A stretch of DNA of 64,000 bases, from the sequence record NC_042081.1; one strand, given 5' to 3'. The number at the start of each line of letters is the position of its first letter. The stretch's first letter is position 1. The translations under genes and the position numbers were made by a program. A model generated the notes under the pieces. That model was not told the origin of the DNA and searched no databases. It saw nothing but the letters and a program-made list of their open reading frames with translations. Below, one piece after another: positions 19,058 to 28,301 of this stretch.

Positions 19058-19195
19058 TTACTCTGCTACATCTTTTACATCAGGTTTATTATTCCCACGT
19101 ACTGCTCTCGCAATACCATACGTAAGAATAAGAGCACCCACGGTGCCAATAGTGGTGCTAATAATAATGCCAAGAGTTTTTGGGTCGATATTCAT
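19058..19195 (-). CDS. small membrane protein (45 aa)
   Basis: Hand-translated MNIDPKTLGIIISTTIGTVGALILTYGIARAVR...; AGGA upstream. Confidence 0.7.
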   Translation of the reverse strand: MNIDPKTLGIIISTTIGTVGALILTYGIARAVRGNNKPDVKDVAE

Positions 19196-19237
19196 ATTTA
19201 GTTTCCTATTTACAATTAATAGAAAATATTACTTTTA

Positions 19238-19280
19238 GTAATATCAAGTTAATGATATACTGTTTAAATATGTTTGAATA
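19238..19280 (-). promoter_or_regulatory. variant early promoter cassette
   Basis: Closely matches the 702-742 block (AATATCAAGTTA...ATATACTGTT.AAATATGTTTGAAT), with TATATCAT in place of TATATTAC. Confidence 0.55.
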
Positions 19281-19343
19281 TAACTTTATTTATTATAATA
19301 AATTAAAATAATACTTTCATATACACTATATGTAGAAGATTCC

Positions 19344-19420
19344 GCCGCTATAGCTCAGCTAGGTAGAGCAACGCACTTGTAATGCGTAGGTCCTCCGTTC
19401 GATTCGGAGTGGCGGCACCA
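19344..19420 (+). tRNA. tRNA-Thr (TGT)
   Basis: GCCGCTA/TGGCGGC acceptor, CT-TGT-AA loop, CGTTCGATTCG, CCA. Confidence 0.95.
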
Positions 19421-19498
19421 AATTTACTGAGGTTTAAACTATTCTTAAATATATTAGTTAGGATGGGATTGAACGCGAAAGACTCAGTAAATCATATT

Positions 19499-19520
19499 GC
19501 CCCTCCATATGGAGGGGCTT
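19499..19520 (+). terminator. terminator after tRNA-Thr
   Basis: GCCCCTCC-ATAT-GGAGGGGC-TT. Confidence 0.65.
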
Positions 19521-19549
19521 ATGTTTGTCATTAATCAGGAAAATATAAA

Positions 19550-19726
19550 ATGAGTCATCTATTATTTATCATCCAAGAATACATTACTAATAAATTTGAG
19601 ATAACTCGAATTGATATGAAGCCAGGCAATAGAATGTTACGTGTATGTTTATACGGTCAACATGAGGGAAAAGGTTTCGTCCGTGTAGATTTATGGTCAG
19701 TTGGTTATCGCATTACAAAGAAATAA
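19550..19726 (+). CDS. small hypothetical protein (58 aa)
   Basis: Hand-translated MSHLLFIIQEYITNKFEITRIDMKPG...; AGGA upstream. Confidence 0.6.
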   Translation: MSHLLFIIQEYITNKFEITRIDMKPGNRMLRVCLYGQHEGKGFVRVDLWSVGYRITKK

Positions 19727-19768
19727 TACTCCAGATTATTTAATATGTATTAATAAAAGGAGTTTATA

Positions 19769-20179
19769 ATGAGTAATGAAACTAACTATCTAGGTTATGA
19801 ATGGAAAACAGATATAACTACTTCAAATCTTAATAGAGTGGTTGATTTATATACACTTGAATTAGCATGGTTAAAAGAAGATTTTAATGATACTCTTTTC
19901 ATAAAGTCTTATAAAGTGCTAGAGGGTCTATTAGAGGAACCGTCTAGGGCAATCCATGATGATACAGTAACCATTCAAGATCAATTAGATGAATTAAATA
20001 CTGCTTTTAAATTAGTATTTGGAAAAGATAATGACGTAGAGTTATCAATTAATAATGATTCAATTATTGTGATCGGTGCTACAGATGCAACTAAAGAAAA
20101 GTTAGAAGCAGAGGTGCGTGAGTTTGCATATAGAAAATCATTAATTGATGAACGTTATCCAGACATTGTAACGGATTAA
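19769..20179 (+). CDS. hypothetical protein
   Basis: 136 aa; AAGGAG RBS. Confidence 0.75.
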   Translation: MSNETNYLGYEWKTDITTSNLNRVVDLYTLELAWLKEDFNDTLFIKSYKVLEGLLEEPSRAIHDDTVTIQDQLDELNTAFKLVFGKDNDVELSINNDSIIVIGATDATKEKLEAEVREFAYRKSLIDERYPDIVTD

Positions 20180-20259
20180 AATACTTACAGCTATCTAGTA
20201 TGTAACTAGGCGGATTGCCATTTGTAAATTATCTATTTAATCAAACTGAGGAAATACTA

Positions 20260-20649
20260 ATGAAACAATTCTTTCAACTAATTCTAAACCTGCTTTTCAA
20301 ACTACCGGTTCTATCATATTTTGCTGAGAAGAAACGACTAGAGAAAGAGAAAAAGGAAGAAGAAAAGCGTCAGCAAGAACAACGTCAAAAAGAACTACTT
20401 GATGAACAACGTCGCGAACAAGAAGATCATTATCGAAAGACAGCTTATGATCGCCTAGCAAAACTTATTCATACTCGGTGGTATGATGAGTTTAACGCAT
20501 ATGAAAAGAAACTAGTTGATCTTGCCGTGTCGAGTGGTAAAGCAGTTAGTGTTAAGTATGGTAAAGTCACTAAGATGCAACACCCTCAGCAATTTAAACT
20601 ACTTAATGATTGGCTGGATGATATCCCAGTAGAAGATTATTCTAAGTGA
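20260..20649 (+). CDS. hypothetical protein with hydrophobic N-terminus and coiled coil
   Basis: Start moved to ATG 20260 (GAGG RBS); charged E/K/Q run. Confidence 0.7.
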   Translation: MKQFFQLILNLLFKLPVLSYFAEKKRLEKEKKEEEKRQQEQRQKELLDEQRREQEDHYRKTAYDRLAKLIHTRWYDEFNAYEKKLVDLAVSSGKAVSVKYGKVTKMQHPQQFKLLNDWLDDIPVEDYSK

Positions 20650-20676
20650 GTTTAAATAAAAAAAAATAAAGACATA

Positions 20677-20700
20677 GCCCCTCTCCATGTGGAGAGGGGT
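20677..20700. terminator. bidirectional terminator at the strand switch
   Basis: CCCCTCTCC-ATGT-GGAGAGGGG with T tracts on both strands. Confidence 0.75.
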
Positions 20701-20711
20701 TTATGCCGTAA

Positions 20712-21392
20712 TTATACACTTACTTTGATAAGATTTTTAATATCAGTGAAATGGGTATATGTTGCCTTTTTATCTTTGTGAACCAGTAGGCAACAGGTGC
20801 CTTCATTTACGGTATTGATTTGTTTTAATGGGATATTTAAAGCATATTCAAATAGATCATCCATCCAGTTAAATGCCATGAACTTATTGATAAGGACATG
20901 ATCGAAATCAATTAATCCAATAAATGAATCTATCTCAGATTGATAATACTCTACAACCATTTTAGACCATTCTTTGTTTATTGCATCAATGACATTGGGA
21001 TTATTTATTTTATTAAATAACTCAGTGCGTTCCTTAGTAGGTAAACTGAGATAATAATTAATATTACTTCTAACGATATCTGGATTAGTGATATCTAATT
21101 TTTCTGGTAAGTTATGTTTACTATCTACATATTTCTTGGTTTCTGGAGTCATCCTCCAGCAACCATAATCAGCAGTAGTGCTCGATAGATCTACTCTAGC
21201 CTCTACTACTTTAGAAAATACATTTACATATAAATTAACAGATTCACATATATCAGGTCTGATTAAATTAAAGTTTAAACTTTTAATAAGACCCCTAACT
21301 GGTCGAGTACCAATTAGACTATGCAATTCAAGCTTAACATTTTCCTCTTTAGCCATCTTAAATATATCAGCAAAACTGAGCTTTACTTCCAT
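20712..21392 (-). CDS. hypothetical protein
   Basis: 226-aa ORF. Confidence 0.7.
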   Translation of the reverse strand: MEVKLSFADIFKMAKEENVKLELHSLIGTRPVRGLIKSLNFNLIRPDICESVNLYVNVFSKVVEARVDLSSTTADYGCWRMTPETKKYVDSKHNLPEKLDITNPDIVRSNINYYLSLPTKERTELFNKINNPNVIDAINKEWSKMVVEYYQSEIDSFIGLIDFDHVLINKFMAFNWMDDLFEYALNIPLKQINTVNEGTCCLLVHKDKKATYTHFTDIKNLIKVSV

Positions 21393-21542
21393 TTAGAATA
21401 TACCTTTTATTAATTGGACAAATAGATTAGATACACATAGCAATAGAATAAACCATAAACCTAGTCTTTGTAATTTATCTATACGCTTAGCTTTTTGTTT
21501 CCTCTTTAATCTAACTAATAATGTATTTTTAATATCATTCAT
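21393..21542 (-). CDS. small membrane protein (49 aa)
   Basis: Hand-translated MNDIKNTLLVRLKRKQKAKRIDKLQRLGLWFILLLCVSNLFVQLIKGIF. Confidence 0.55.
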   Translation of the reverse strand: MNDIKNTLLVRLKRKQKAKRIDKLQRLGLWFILLLCVSNLFVQLIKGIF

Positions 21543-21560
21543 TAAATTATCTCAGATTTT

Positions 21561-22091
21561 TTAGACGGTGTATAAACCCTCAGTATTACATGTTGTTATG
21601 ATATTGTAAAGACGATGCCAATAGCGATCATACGTATTTTTACGTTTGTAGCTATTGGTGCGGATAATTAGATTGGCGACCCAGTGATTCTGATCAATGG
21701 TCTCATGTAGATGCCCGAAATAAGCCCCCAGTTCAATTTCGAATGGGATCTTACACTCACGCCCCTTACACATTGCTTCACGCAATAAACGCATTGCAGA
21801 ATTTTCTGCATTGGTATCTTTAAATAAAAGACTAATGTATCCAGGGCTACCACCAGTTTCTTCATCAACATGGCCTGAACAGCAATAAATAGTTGCAACA
21901 TTGGTAAATTGATTAAACCATTTAATTAATGGTCTACATGCTTCATCAATAAGATCTTCATATTCAGGTTTATACATTACTTTAACAGTATCATCTGCAC
22001 GTTGTTTCACATGATGAAAATATTGCTCCCAATTTACATTAGTGTAATATAGCATATCCATATTAGAATTACTCATACAAATCAATCCCAT
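21561..22091 (-). CDS. hypothetical protein with D..C.PL...N....T..CCSGH motif (TYW3-like fold candidate)
   Basis: IDEACRPLIKWFNQFTNVATIYCCSGH. Confidence 0.5.
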   Translation of the reverse strand: MGLICMSNSNMDMLYYTNVNWEQYFHHVKQRADDTVKVMYKPEYEDLIDEACRPLIKWFNQFTNVATIYCCSGHVDEETGGSPGYISLLFKDTNAENSAMRLLREAMCKGRECKIPFEIELGAYFGHLHETIDQNHWVANLIIRTNSYKRKNTYDRYWHRLYNIITTCNTEGLYTV

Positions 22092-22813
22092 ATGTTATTG
22101 GCATATTCACGGTCATTGAAAATGCGGGTAAGATCCATCCGCTTTTGAATGCGCGCTAGAATCCATTTTAGTTGTTTAGTTGATAGTTCTTGATTTTGCT
22201 TGTACTCACCTGTAGCATGGATGTAATAATCAAATTTACGACTTACAGTAGTAGTATGTGCACATGCAATAGCAAATGCTTCAAGTGCAGTTAGTTTGGT
22301 TGATCCATTATCATTACAATTAGGGATAAACTCAAGTACACTATTAACTGCATCTACACCACTACCCAAATGAGCCCAATCTTCCTTGGTGATGTTGATA
22401 TCCTTATCTTTAAGAATAACTGTATATATGTCACCATTCTCCATAGTGAACATCATAGAAGTATTACCATTAAACAACCTGCGTTCTATGATTGGTAAGA
22501 TATTTACTTCAACTTTGAACCAATCATCTAAATCAACACCTGCGGTAAGGGCATTCAGTAAATCATAAACATTATCTATAGTTCCAGCAAAAGCCATAGT
22601 TTTAACACGTTTGCCTTGCCAAGTAACTGTCGGATGAAAAATTATCTTGTGGCAATCATTGTAGTATACATCTACACCTTCAGCTTTAGCAGTTAGATCA
22701 ATATAACCGTTATCTAATACTGGAAGTCGCCCAATGCTATTAGTTGCATTATTCCGCTCAATTAATAGACAGTCTGCGATCATGACTTTGCCATCATTTA
22801 CGATATATGTCAT
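22082..22813 (-). CDS. Ntn-hydrolase / proteasome-beta (HslV)-like protein
   Basis: AAGGAG RBS places the start at ATG 22813, giving MTYIV.DG.VMIAD; GSG motif; A.EA..IA...TTTV C-terminal pattern. Confidence 0.55.
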   Translation of the reverse strand: MTYIVNDGKVMIADCLLIERNNATNSIGRLPVLDNGYIDLTAKAEGVDVYYNDCHKIIFHPTVTWQGKRVKTMAFAGTIDNVYDLLNALTAGVDLDDWFKVEVNILPIIERRLFNGNTSMMFTMENGDIYTVILKDKDINITKEDWAHLGSGVDAVNSVLEFIPNCNDNGSTKLTALEAFAIACAHTTTVSRKFDYYIHATGEYKQNQELSTKQLKWILARIQKRMDLTRIFNDREYANNIWD

Positions 22814-22852
22814 TTTCACTCCTTATAATAAAATAAATAGGCTTAAGCGAAA

Positions 22853-22880
22853 TAATGCCCTCCCCGAAGGGAGGGCATTA
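22853..22880 (-). terminator. intrinsic terminator
   Basis: TAATGCCCTCCC-TTCG-GGGAGGGCATTA. Confidence 0.8.
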
Positions 22881-22979
22881 TCAATAGGTGGGATCTCGGC
22901 GGCACCTTCATTTGCGGACGGGAACGCTGAAGGGAGATAGTCCGGGAGATCCCGATTTGGGTATTCTTTACATATGGTA

Positions 22980-23360
22980 TTACTGCAAGTATTTGTTCCC
23001 CGCAGTATACTCACCATTGATCCAATTTTTGATTACAACACTGATCCATTCATTTTCTTTAACGGTAACCCCCAACTCAAGATCGATTGATTGATAAGCT
23101 ACAGCCGCTAGTGTTAACCGAAGATAAACGGATCCATCTTTTTCGATATCGTAGGATACTACGAACCCGTCTTGTAGATTTTGTAGCTGGAATGTATTAG
23201 CATGTTGCGGGTGGAGACGATCCATATTGTACTCGACGACATCCATTAGATATTGCCGAGCTTCAGCAGCATTATCAAATCCGAGATCGCATAGACCGAT
23301 CGGATAACGAGCTTGCGTGCATGTAACTTTCATAGATACGACGCGGTGTTGTTTGCACAT
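22980..23360 (-). CDS. hypothetical protein
   Basis: 126-aa ORF with GAGGA RBS. Confidence 0.65.
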   Translation of the reverse strand: MCKQHRVVSMKVTCTQARYPIGLCDLGFDNAAEARQYLMDVVEYNMDRLHPQHANTFQLQNLQDGFVVSYDIEKDGSVYLRLTLAAVAYQSIDLELGVTVKENEWISVVIKNWINGEYTAGNKYLQ

Positions 23361-23502
23361 TATATTTTCCTCTTAGATGTCAAAAACCCTCCCCGATCAG
23401 GGGAGGGTATCTCATTGGTACTTCTTCAGCAAAACTGAAACTAAGATAAAAGAGCAATCGTAAAGGAACTACATAGAATAGTGTATTTATTTTACTATTT
23501 TT

Positions 23503-23916
23503 TTACACAACCTCTTTAGATGGGGGTTCTTTATGAATCCAGTCTAAAGTTGTTGGTAAACTATTATCTGATCTGAAGGTACACACCGTCCGGAACCGAG
23601 AGTGATCAACTACAGATAATTGCCCGTTAATCGCAGCCTCATATTGCTTACACAACTTCACACACCTTTTCTCTAGATCAGTTGGTTCGTAACCTTCTTC
23701 TCTTGGTTCAGTGTATGGTCCATCCCAAAAGAATATTAATCTAAGATCAATCCCAGATTTATACTCCGCTTGGTATGAATATTGATGAACATCAAAATCA
23801 TCTAATTCTTCAACTAGATGCGATGTTATTGTTCTAGGATGTTCATGAGTTAATTCACTGTATATATGTTTATTTCTAGGATTTTGTAAATCAACTACGA
23901 TAAGTTGACTAGTCAT
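23503..23916 (-). CDS. hypothetical protein
   Basis: 137-aa ORF. Confidence 0.65.
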   Translation of the reverse strand: MTSQLIVVDLQNPRNKHIYSELTHEHPRTITSHLVEELDDFDVHQYSYQAEYKSGIDLRLIFFWDGPYTEPREEGYEPTDLEKRCVKLCKQYEAAINGQLSVVDHSRFRTVCTFRSDNSLPTTLDWIHKEPPSKEVV

Positions 23917-23918
23917 AT

Positions 23919-24572
23919 TTAACTTTTATCCTGGTGTCGATTACGAGTGCGTTCTACAGCTGTAGGTTCGACAGTGGCTAGCGGTAGATAAGTAATCTCT
24001 GGGAAAGTCTTATTAAGAGCATCTTCAATTAGCTCTTTGGCAATTTCTGCATCGATGTAATGATTTAGAATAATACCACGATGGTACAGGAAGAAGTTAT
24101 ATTCTTCATAACCATGGCGAAGACTTACTTTACCACGATACCCACCATAGGTTAGAGTATCTTCGTTAATTTCATTCCGATAAATATCAAGTTGAATATT
24201 ATTTTGAAGATGCATTTGAATGAAGTCATTACTATCACCGCCGAATAGGGTTGGTCGTTTCCGACCAGTAACAACATCTTGGATGGAATCCATTAGTCGG
24301 TTAATGTCTGTTTCTAATCGTTGGATATCACATTGAGAATTCATTGCTTCATGGAAACGAGTTACAACTGCATTGAATTCTTCTTCAGTCCAACCACTGG
24401 TACGTTTTTCATAATCAACAATGATAATACCGAACCAGGCATAACCGTTAGAATGTTTTACTTTAACACATAGATGAGGTACATTATCAGCACCTGACTG
24501 ATGGTTAACAGTGTAATTATTATTACGGCTGATTACTAGTTTGATAAAAGGTAGACTAATGATTGACGCCAT
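23919..24572 (-). CDS. hypothetical protein
   Basis: 217-aa ORF with AAGGA RBS. Confidence 0.7.
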   Translation of the reverse strand: MASIISLPFIKLVISRNNNYTVNHQSGADNVPHLCVKVKHSNGYAWFGIIIVDYEKRTSGWTEEEFNAVVTRFHEAMNSQCDIQRLETDINRLMDSIQDVVTGRKRPTLFGGDSNDFIQMHLQNNIQLDIYRNEINEDTLTYGGYRGKVSLRHGYEEYNFFLYHRGIILNHYIDAEIAKELIEDALNKTFPEITYLPLATVEPTAVERTRNRHQDKS

Positions 24573-24720
24573 GGAAATATTCCTTTTGTATTTTTTAAAT
24601 TAAAGTAGGAGTTATTATTGAGTTTCAACTCAATACATCAATAACTCCAGTATGTTTTCAAAATTAAATACATGTATTTACAGTTACATTGTAACCAGTT
24701 AGTTTTGCCAACAATACAAA

Positions 24721-24909
24721 TTAGCGAACCTGTTCGATTTTTTCAGAAACAATGAAAATATGTGCAATACGATCCTCATCAACATACCGATATCGAAATG
24801 AGGTATAACTAGATGACACATCCGTATCGTTTAAATAGGTGATATTAAAATCATCTACTTCCCTACCATTAGCAGCCGCAACGGTATTTAGAATGTTGAG
24901 TAGACTCAT
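24721..24909 (-). CDS. small hypothetical protein
   Basis: 62-aa ORF with AAGGA RBS. Confidence 0.6.
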   Translation of the reverse strand: MSLLNILNTVAAANGREVDDFNITYLNDTDVSSSYTSFRYRYVDEDRIAHIFIVSEKIEQVR

Positions 24910-24932
24910 TTTACAGATTCCTTTTTAGTATA

Positions 24933-26456
24933 TTAATATTTCAATAGACTATTGATAAAAGCATTAGGGTCATAACGGTTATTTGAAAAAGCCGCCATTA
25001 CATCACACCCTGGCTGATCTTTAAATCTGATATCTTCAGGAATATCGAAGTCAGGGAACATTAGTTTAATATACTCCCTAACTTCTTGATCTCGTAGATA
25101 TGGAATCTCCACCATGTAATCAACGCGACCTTTCCTTAGAAGTGCTTTATCGATATTCTCAGGATGGTTTGTAGTTAGAATGGTCATAGTCTCATCTAGT
25201 GGAACAATGCCATCTAGCCCATTTAATAGAGCTGACAAAGTTAATCCATTGGTTGACTGTTCATTTACTGTTCCACTTTTCGCAAAATTCTTTAATTTCC
25301 ACCATCGCCTAATAGTGGTAAATAATGGGTCATTTTCATCCGCCCATTTCGAAACCCCAAATTCAGCCAGGAGATCGCCACTTAACCCATAGCCTTCGTC
25401 AATACCTTCTTCATTAAAAATATAAATAGTATCGTTCACCCCAACCATTGCAAAACCATCATAATCATCTTTGAGGTCATTCCATGTAGCTGGGTATTTT
25501 TCAGCCAGATCAACAAACGAATACTCTTTTTCTAATGATTTTATCTCTTTATCTATTTTGACTGGATCACTTAAAACGCGATCTTTAACTGCCGGCGTAT
25601 CGTCAAAGTCTTCGATTAAAAGAATATTTCCTTTAGGTAATGTAGTAAATGCCCTTCTAAGACTATCGTTAGTCATCGAGGCTAGTGATAGCGCACTAAC
25701 ATTTTTATTGAAATGTGAAGCAATGGCTTTACTGATAGATGTTTTACCAGTACCAGGAGGACCTGTTAGAACACAAGTGAATTTATACGGTAATCCACGA
25801 TCATCGTACCATTTCCGATCAGAATAAAATTCTTCGATTTTGCTAAGAAATTCTTCCTTGATGTCTTTACGTAGAATTACCGTATTGATGTCACGTTTAG
25901 TAACTTCAATCTCATTGCCCCAACGATTACCGTCCCAATGTGAAATAGTCAAACCCCTTTCACTTGGGCGCCAATGATAAGCATCTACTAAATCAATAAT
26001 TAGTTTACTACTCCTAGACAATCCTCGAATAGTAATATCCATTTGATCTCTACTGGCAATTTGACTATCCCGACGTGCTTTTACAAACCAGAATAACCTA
26101 CCTTTAAATAGAAAGAAATGTAAGCCAAAACCAACACCAATTTTCTGTTTAGTTGCACTATAACTTTGCTCATCAACGTTGGTTGAAAAACGGCGATTAA
26201 ATCCAGCTAATGGTTGTTTAATATACCACTCCATAAATGAGTCAAAGTTTTTCTCATTTAAACCATTACCAGTATTAGTGATATGTAAACTAACTGTAAA
26301 TTGATTTAATGTGAATCTAACTATCTTACTTGGTAGACCTCGGATAGTGGTCCATAATACACCACCAATCGCCATACCAATCGCACCACCCATCACCATG
26401 TTCTTTTGAGAGATATCAATAAACATGGCATAATAGTTAATGAATGTATCAATCAT
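24933..26456 (-). CDS. membrane-anchored BCS1-like AAA+ ATPase
   Basis: N-terminal TM (GGAIGMAIGGVLW); GPPGTGKT; ILLIEDFD; TLSALLNGLDG...TTNHPENIDKALLRKGRVD. Confidence 0.85.
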   Translation of the reverse strand: MIDTFINYYAMFIDISQKNMVMGGAIGMAIGGVLWTTIRGLPSKIVRFTLNQFTVSLHITNTGNGLNEKNFDSFMEWYIKQPLAGFNRRFSTNVDEQSYSATKQKIGVGFGLHFFLFKGRLFWFVKARRDSQIASRDQMDITIRGLSRSSKLIIDLVDAYHWRPSERGLTISHWDGNRWGNEIEVTKRDINTVILRKDIKEEFLSKIEEFYSDRKWYDDRGLPYKFTCVLTGPPGTGKTSISKAIASHFNKNVSALSLASMTNDSLRRAFTTLPKGNILLIEDFDDTPAVKDRVLSDPVKIDKEIKSLEKEYSFVDLAEKYPATWNDLKDDYDGFAMVGVNDTIYIFNEEGIDEGYGLSGDLLAEFGVSKWADENDPLFTTIRRWWKLKNFAKSGTVNEQSTNGLTLSALLNGLDGIVPLDETMTILTTNHPENIDKALLRKGRVDYMVEIPYLRDQEVREYIKLMFPDFDIPEDIRFKDQPGCDVMAAFSNNRYDPNAFINSLLKY

Positions 26457-26486
26457 TGTAAATTCCTATTGAATAAAGAAAAAAAT

Positions 26487-26510
26487 AAAGGGCTCCGAAG
26501 AGCCCTTTAC
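26487..26510 (-). terminator. intrinsic terminator
   Basis: TAAAGGGCTC-TTCG-GAGCCCTTTA plus T tract. Confidence 0.8.
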
Positions 26511-26513
26511 TGG

Positions 26514-27362
26514 TTAAAGTTTTACAGAATAGGTTTTCTCGAACTCTTGGTGAACAAAACGATTTGACGCATTATCCCAATTCTCACGACCATCTACACC
26601 AAAATAGTGGAACTCTAGTTCAGTTGGTCCACCAACAAAATCATTTTTAGCAAAGCTGATGACTTTACCATTAGTGAACTTAACTAAAACATCTACATAA
26701 AAACCATTGCGTGCCCATGCATTGGCAATTAGTGCAGATTGCCCACTAAATTGATTTTTGTAAAAATTACGGATAGCAAGCATTGTCCTAAAATTAAAAT
26801 TGCCAGTTCGGATAGAGGTAGAGATAATATTCGTTAGTTTATTAGCTCGATTTTCCTCACCAATAAGGTAGATACCTGAAATATCATTATCCAATACCAT
26901 GTGATCAGTAAACGCCATATTGGACAGTGGTTTAGCCCCATATTCATCAGTGAAGAGAGTTTTAATAACTTCTTTACCTTCTCGCCGTACTAGCATATGA
27001 AGATGATCATCTTCAATATAAGACATATGACTAGGTTGGATATATTCACTGGCATCTACTACGACGTTGGTTGCGCCTAGATTAACCTTTAGGTGATTTA
27101 CCAGATCATAGATCTTTTTAAAACGAGCGGATTGTTTTGCTGTGTTGAGATTTACATGTACCACAGCGTCGATGTAGTTGGGCACTACTGAACTATTACA
27201 TTCATCAATAATAGTGTCAATATGCACATAGTGATCGCCGCCCAGACCAAAACAAGCCATGATGCTCTTACGTAGTTCAACTACATCATTGCTGTGAACT
27301 GGTGTTCCAGTATTATTAATAATGTTGAAGCCAATGCGAATTTTATTAGAACGACGTGCCAT
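26514..27362 (-). CDS. hypothetical protein
   Basis: 282-aa ORF. Confidence 0.7.
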   Translation of the reverse strand: MARRSNKIRIGFNIINNTGTPVHSNDVVELRKSIMACFGLGGDHYVHIDTIIDECNSSVVPNYIDAVVHVNLNTAKQSARFKKIYDLVNHLKVNLGATNVVVDASEYIQPSHMSYIEDDHLHMLVRREGKEVIKTLFTDEYGAKPLSNMAFTDHMVLDNDISGIYLIGEENRANKLTNIISTSIRTGNFNFRTMLAIRNFYKNQFSGQSALIANAWARNGFYVDVLVKFTNGKVISFAKNDFVGGPTELEFHYFGVDGRENWDNASNRFVHQEFEKTYSVKL

Positions 27363-27403
27363 GGTTATATCACCTATGTTAAATTAATGAATTATTTATT
27401 CAA

Positions 27404-27766
27404 TTACCGTACTACATCTGTGATTAGAATAAGTTCATCATCACTATTGATAACACTATAGCTTTTTACAATTTCGATGCGCTTACTAATAATCTTATTC
27501 TCTAGATCTACTTTTACGATATTAACACGAATTACCTTATTTGATTGATCATACATTTCTTTAAAAATGCATTCGATATTTTTACCAATGACAGCTTTTA
27601 ATTTTTCAATGCTGTCAATGGATGAATATTTAAAACTATATGCTTCTGCCAGGGTTTTTGCATTACCCACAACCGTAGTTAGGGTACCCCAATAATCATA
27701 AACATACAACGCAGTATCACTATTGGGATTATCGATAATTTCAATTATAAAATCCACTTGTATCAC
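27404..27766 (-). CDS. hypothetical protein
   Basis: 120-aa ORF after the promoter motif at 27794. Confidence 0.65.
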   Translation of the reverse strand: MIQVDFIIEIIDNPNSDTALYVYDYWGTLTTVVGNAKTLAEAYSFKYSSIDSIEKLKAVIGKNIECIFKEMYDQSNKVIRVNIVKVDLENKIISKRIEIVKSYSVINSDDELILITDVVR

Positions 27767-27793
27767 TCCTATTAGTTTATTGATAGTACACTT

Positions 27794-27815
27794 GTAATAT
27801 AGATCTTAAATAAAT
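27794..27815 (-). promoter_or_regulatory. putative early promoter
   Basis: TATATTAC at 27794-27801 with upstream TTTAAGA. Confidence 0.65.
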
Positions 27816-27821
27816 TATGAT

Positions 27822-28286
27822 CTAACCATTTAAAATAGATAAAGCCTCTATATGCCAATGGTGTATTAGTTCTTCTTTACTAATAATATTATTGAAGTAG
27901 TTTAACCGATGTGATACCATTAATTTAGAATGCATATCGACTTCACTACTTACCTTAATCACCCCAGTCTCTAATAATCGCAGAGAGCCAACATACGTAA
28001 ATAAAGTTGGTTTTAAATACCAGTGTTCCCTATATTGTTTTTGATCAGGTACATTTCCTACAATGTAGTCAGTAGAATTACTTCGGTATGCGTAAATAGT
28101 TGATTTAGAACCAAGTAAATTAAGATCAATATCGTAACTCCCGCTTTTAGCTGCAATACATTCAATAACTGATGGAGCCACACATATACGGTTGGTTACA
28201 CTGTCTTCGCCATCAGCTCTATTATTTGGAATATATGGCCTTAATAAAACATAATCCCCAAGGTATACTGTCGATATGTGATACAT
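27822..28286 (-). CDS. ADP-ribosyltransferase-like protein (candidate)
   Basis: YHIS...RICVAPS...VPD....EHW pattern. Confidence 0.45.
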   Translation of the reverse strand: MYHISTVYLGDYVLLRPYIPNNRADGEDSVTNRICVAPSVIECIAAKSGSYDIDLNLLGSKSTIYAYRSNSTDYIVGNVPDQKQYREHWYLKPTLFTYVGSLRLLETGVIKVSSEVDMHSKLMVSHRLNYFNNIISKEELIHHWHIEALSILNG

Positions 28287-28301
28287 AATTAACCTATTTA
28301 A

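Noticed and set aside
19050-19238. + strand 62-aa ORF
   Set aside because: The - strand 45-aa ORF has the RBS, promoter and TM segment
22044-22051. TATATTAC inside the 21561-22091 gene
   Set aside because: It lacks the upstream AT block shared by the intergenic promoter copies
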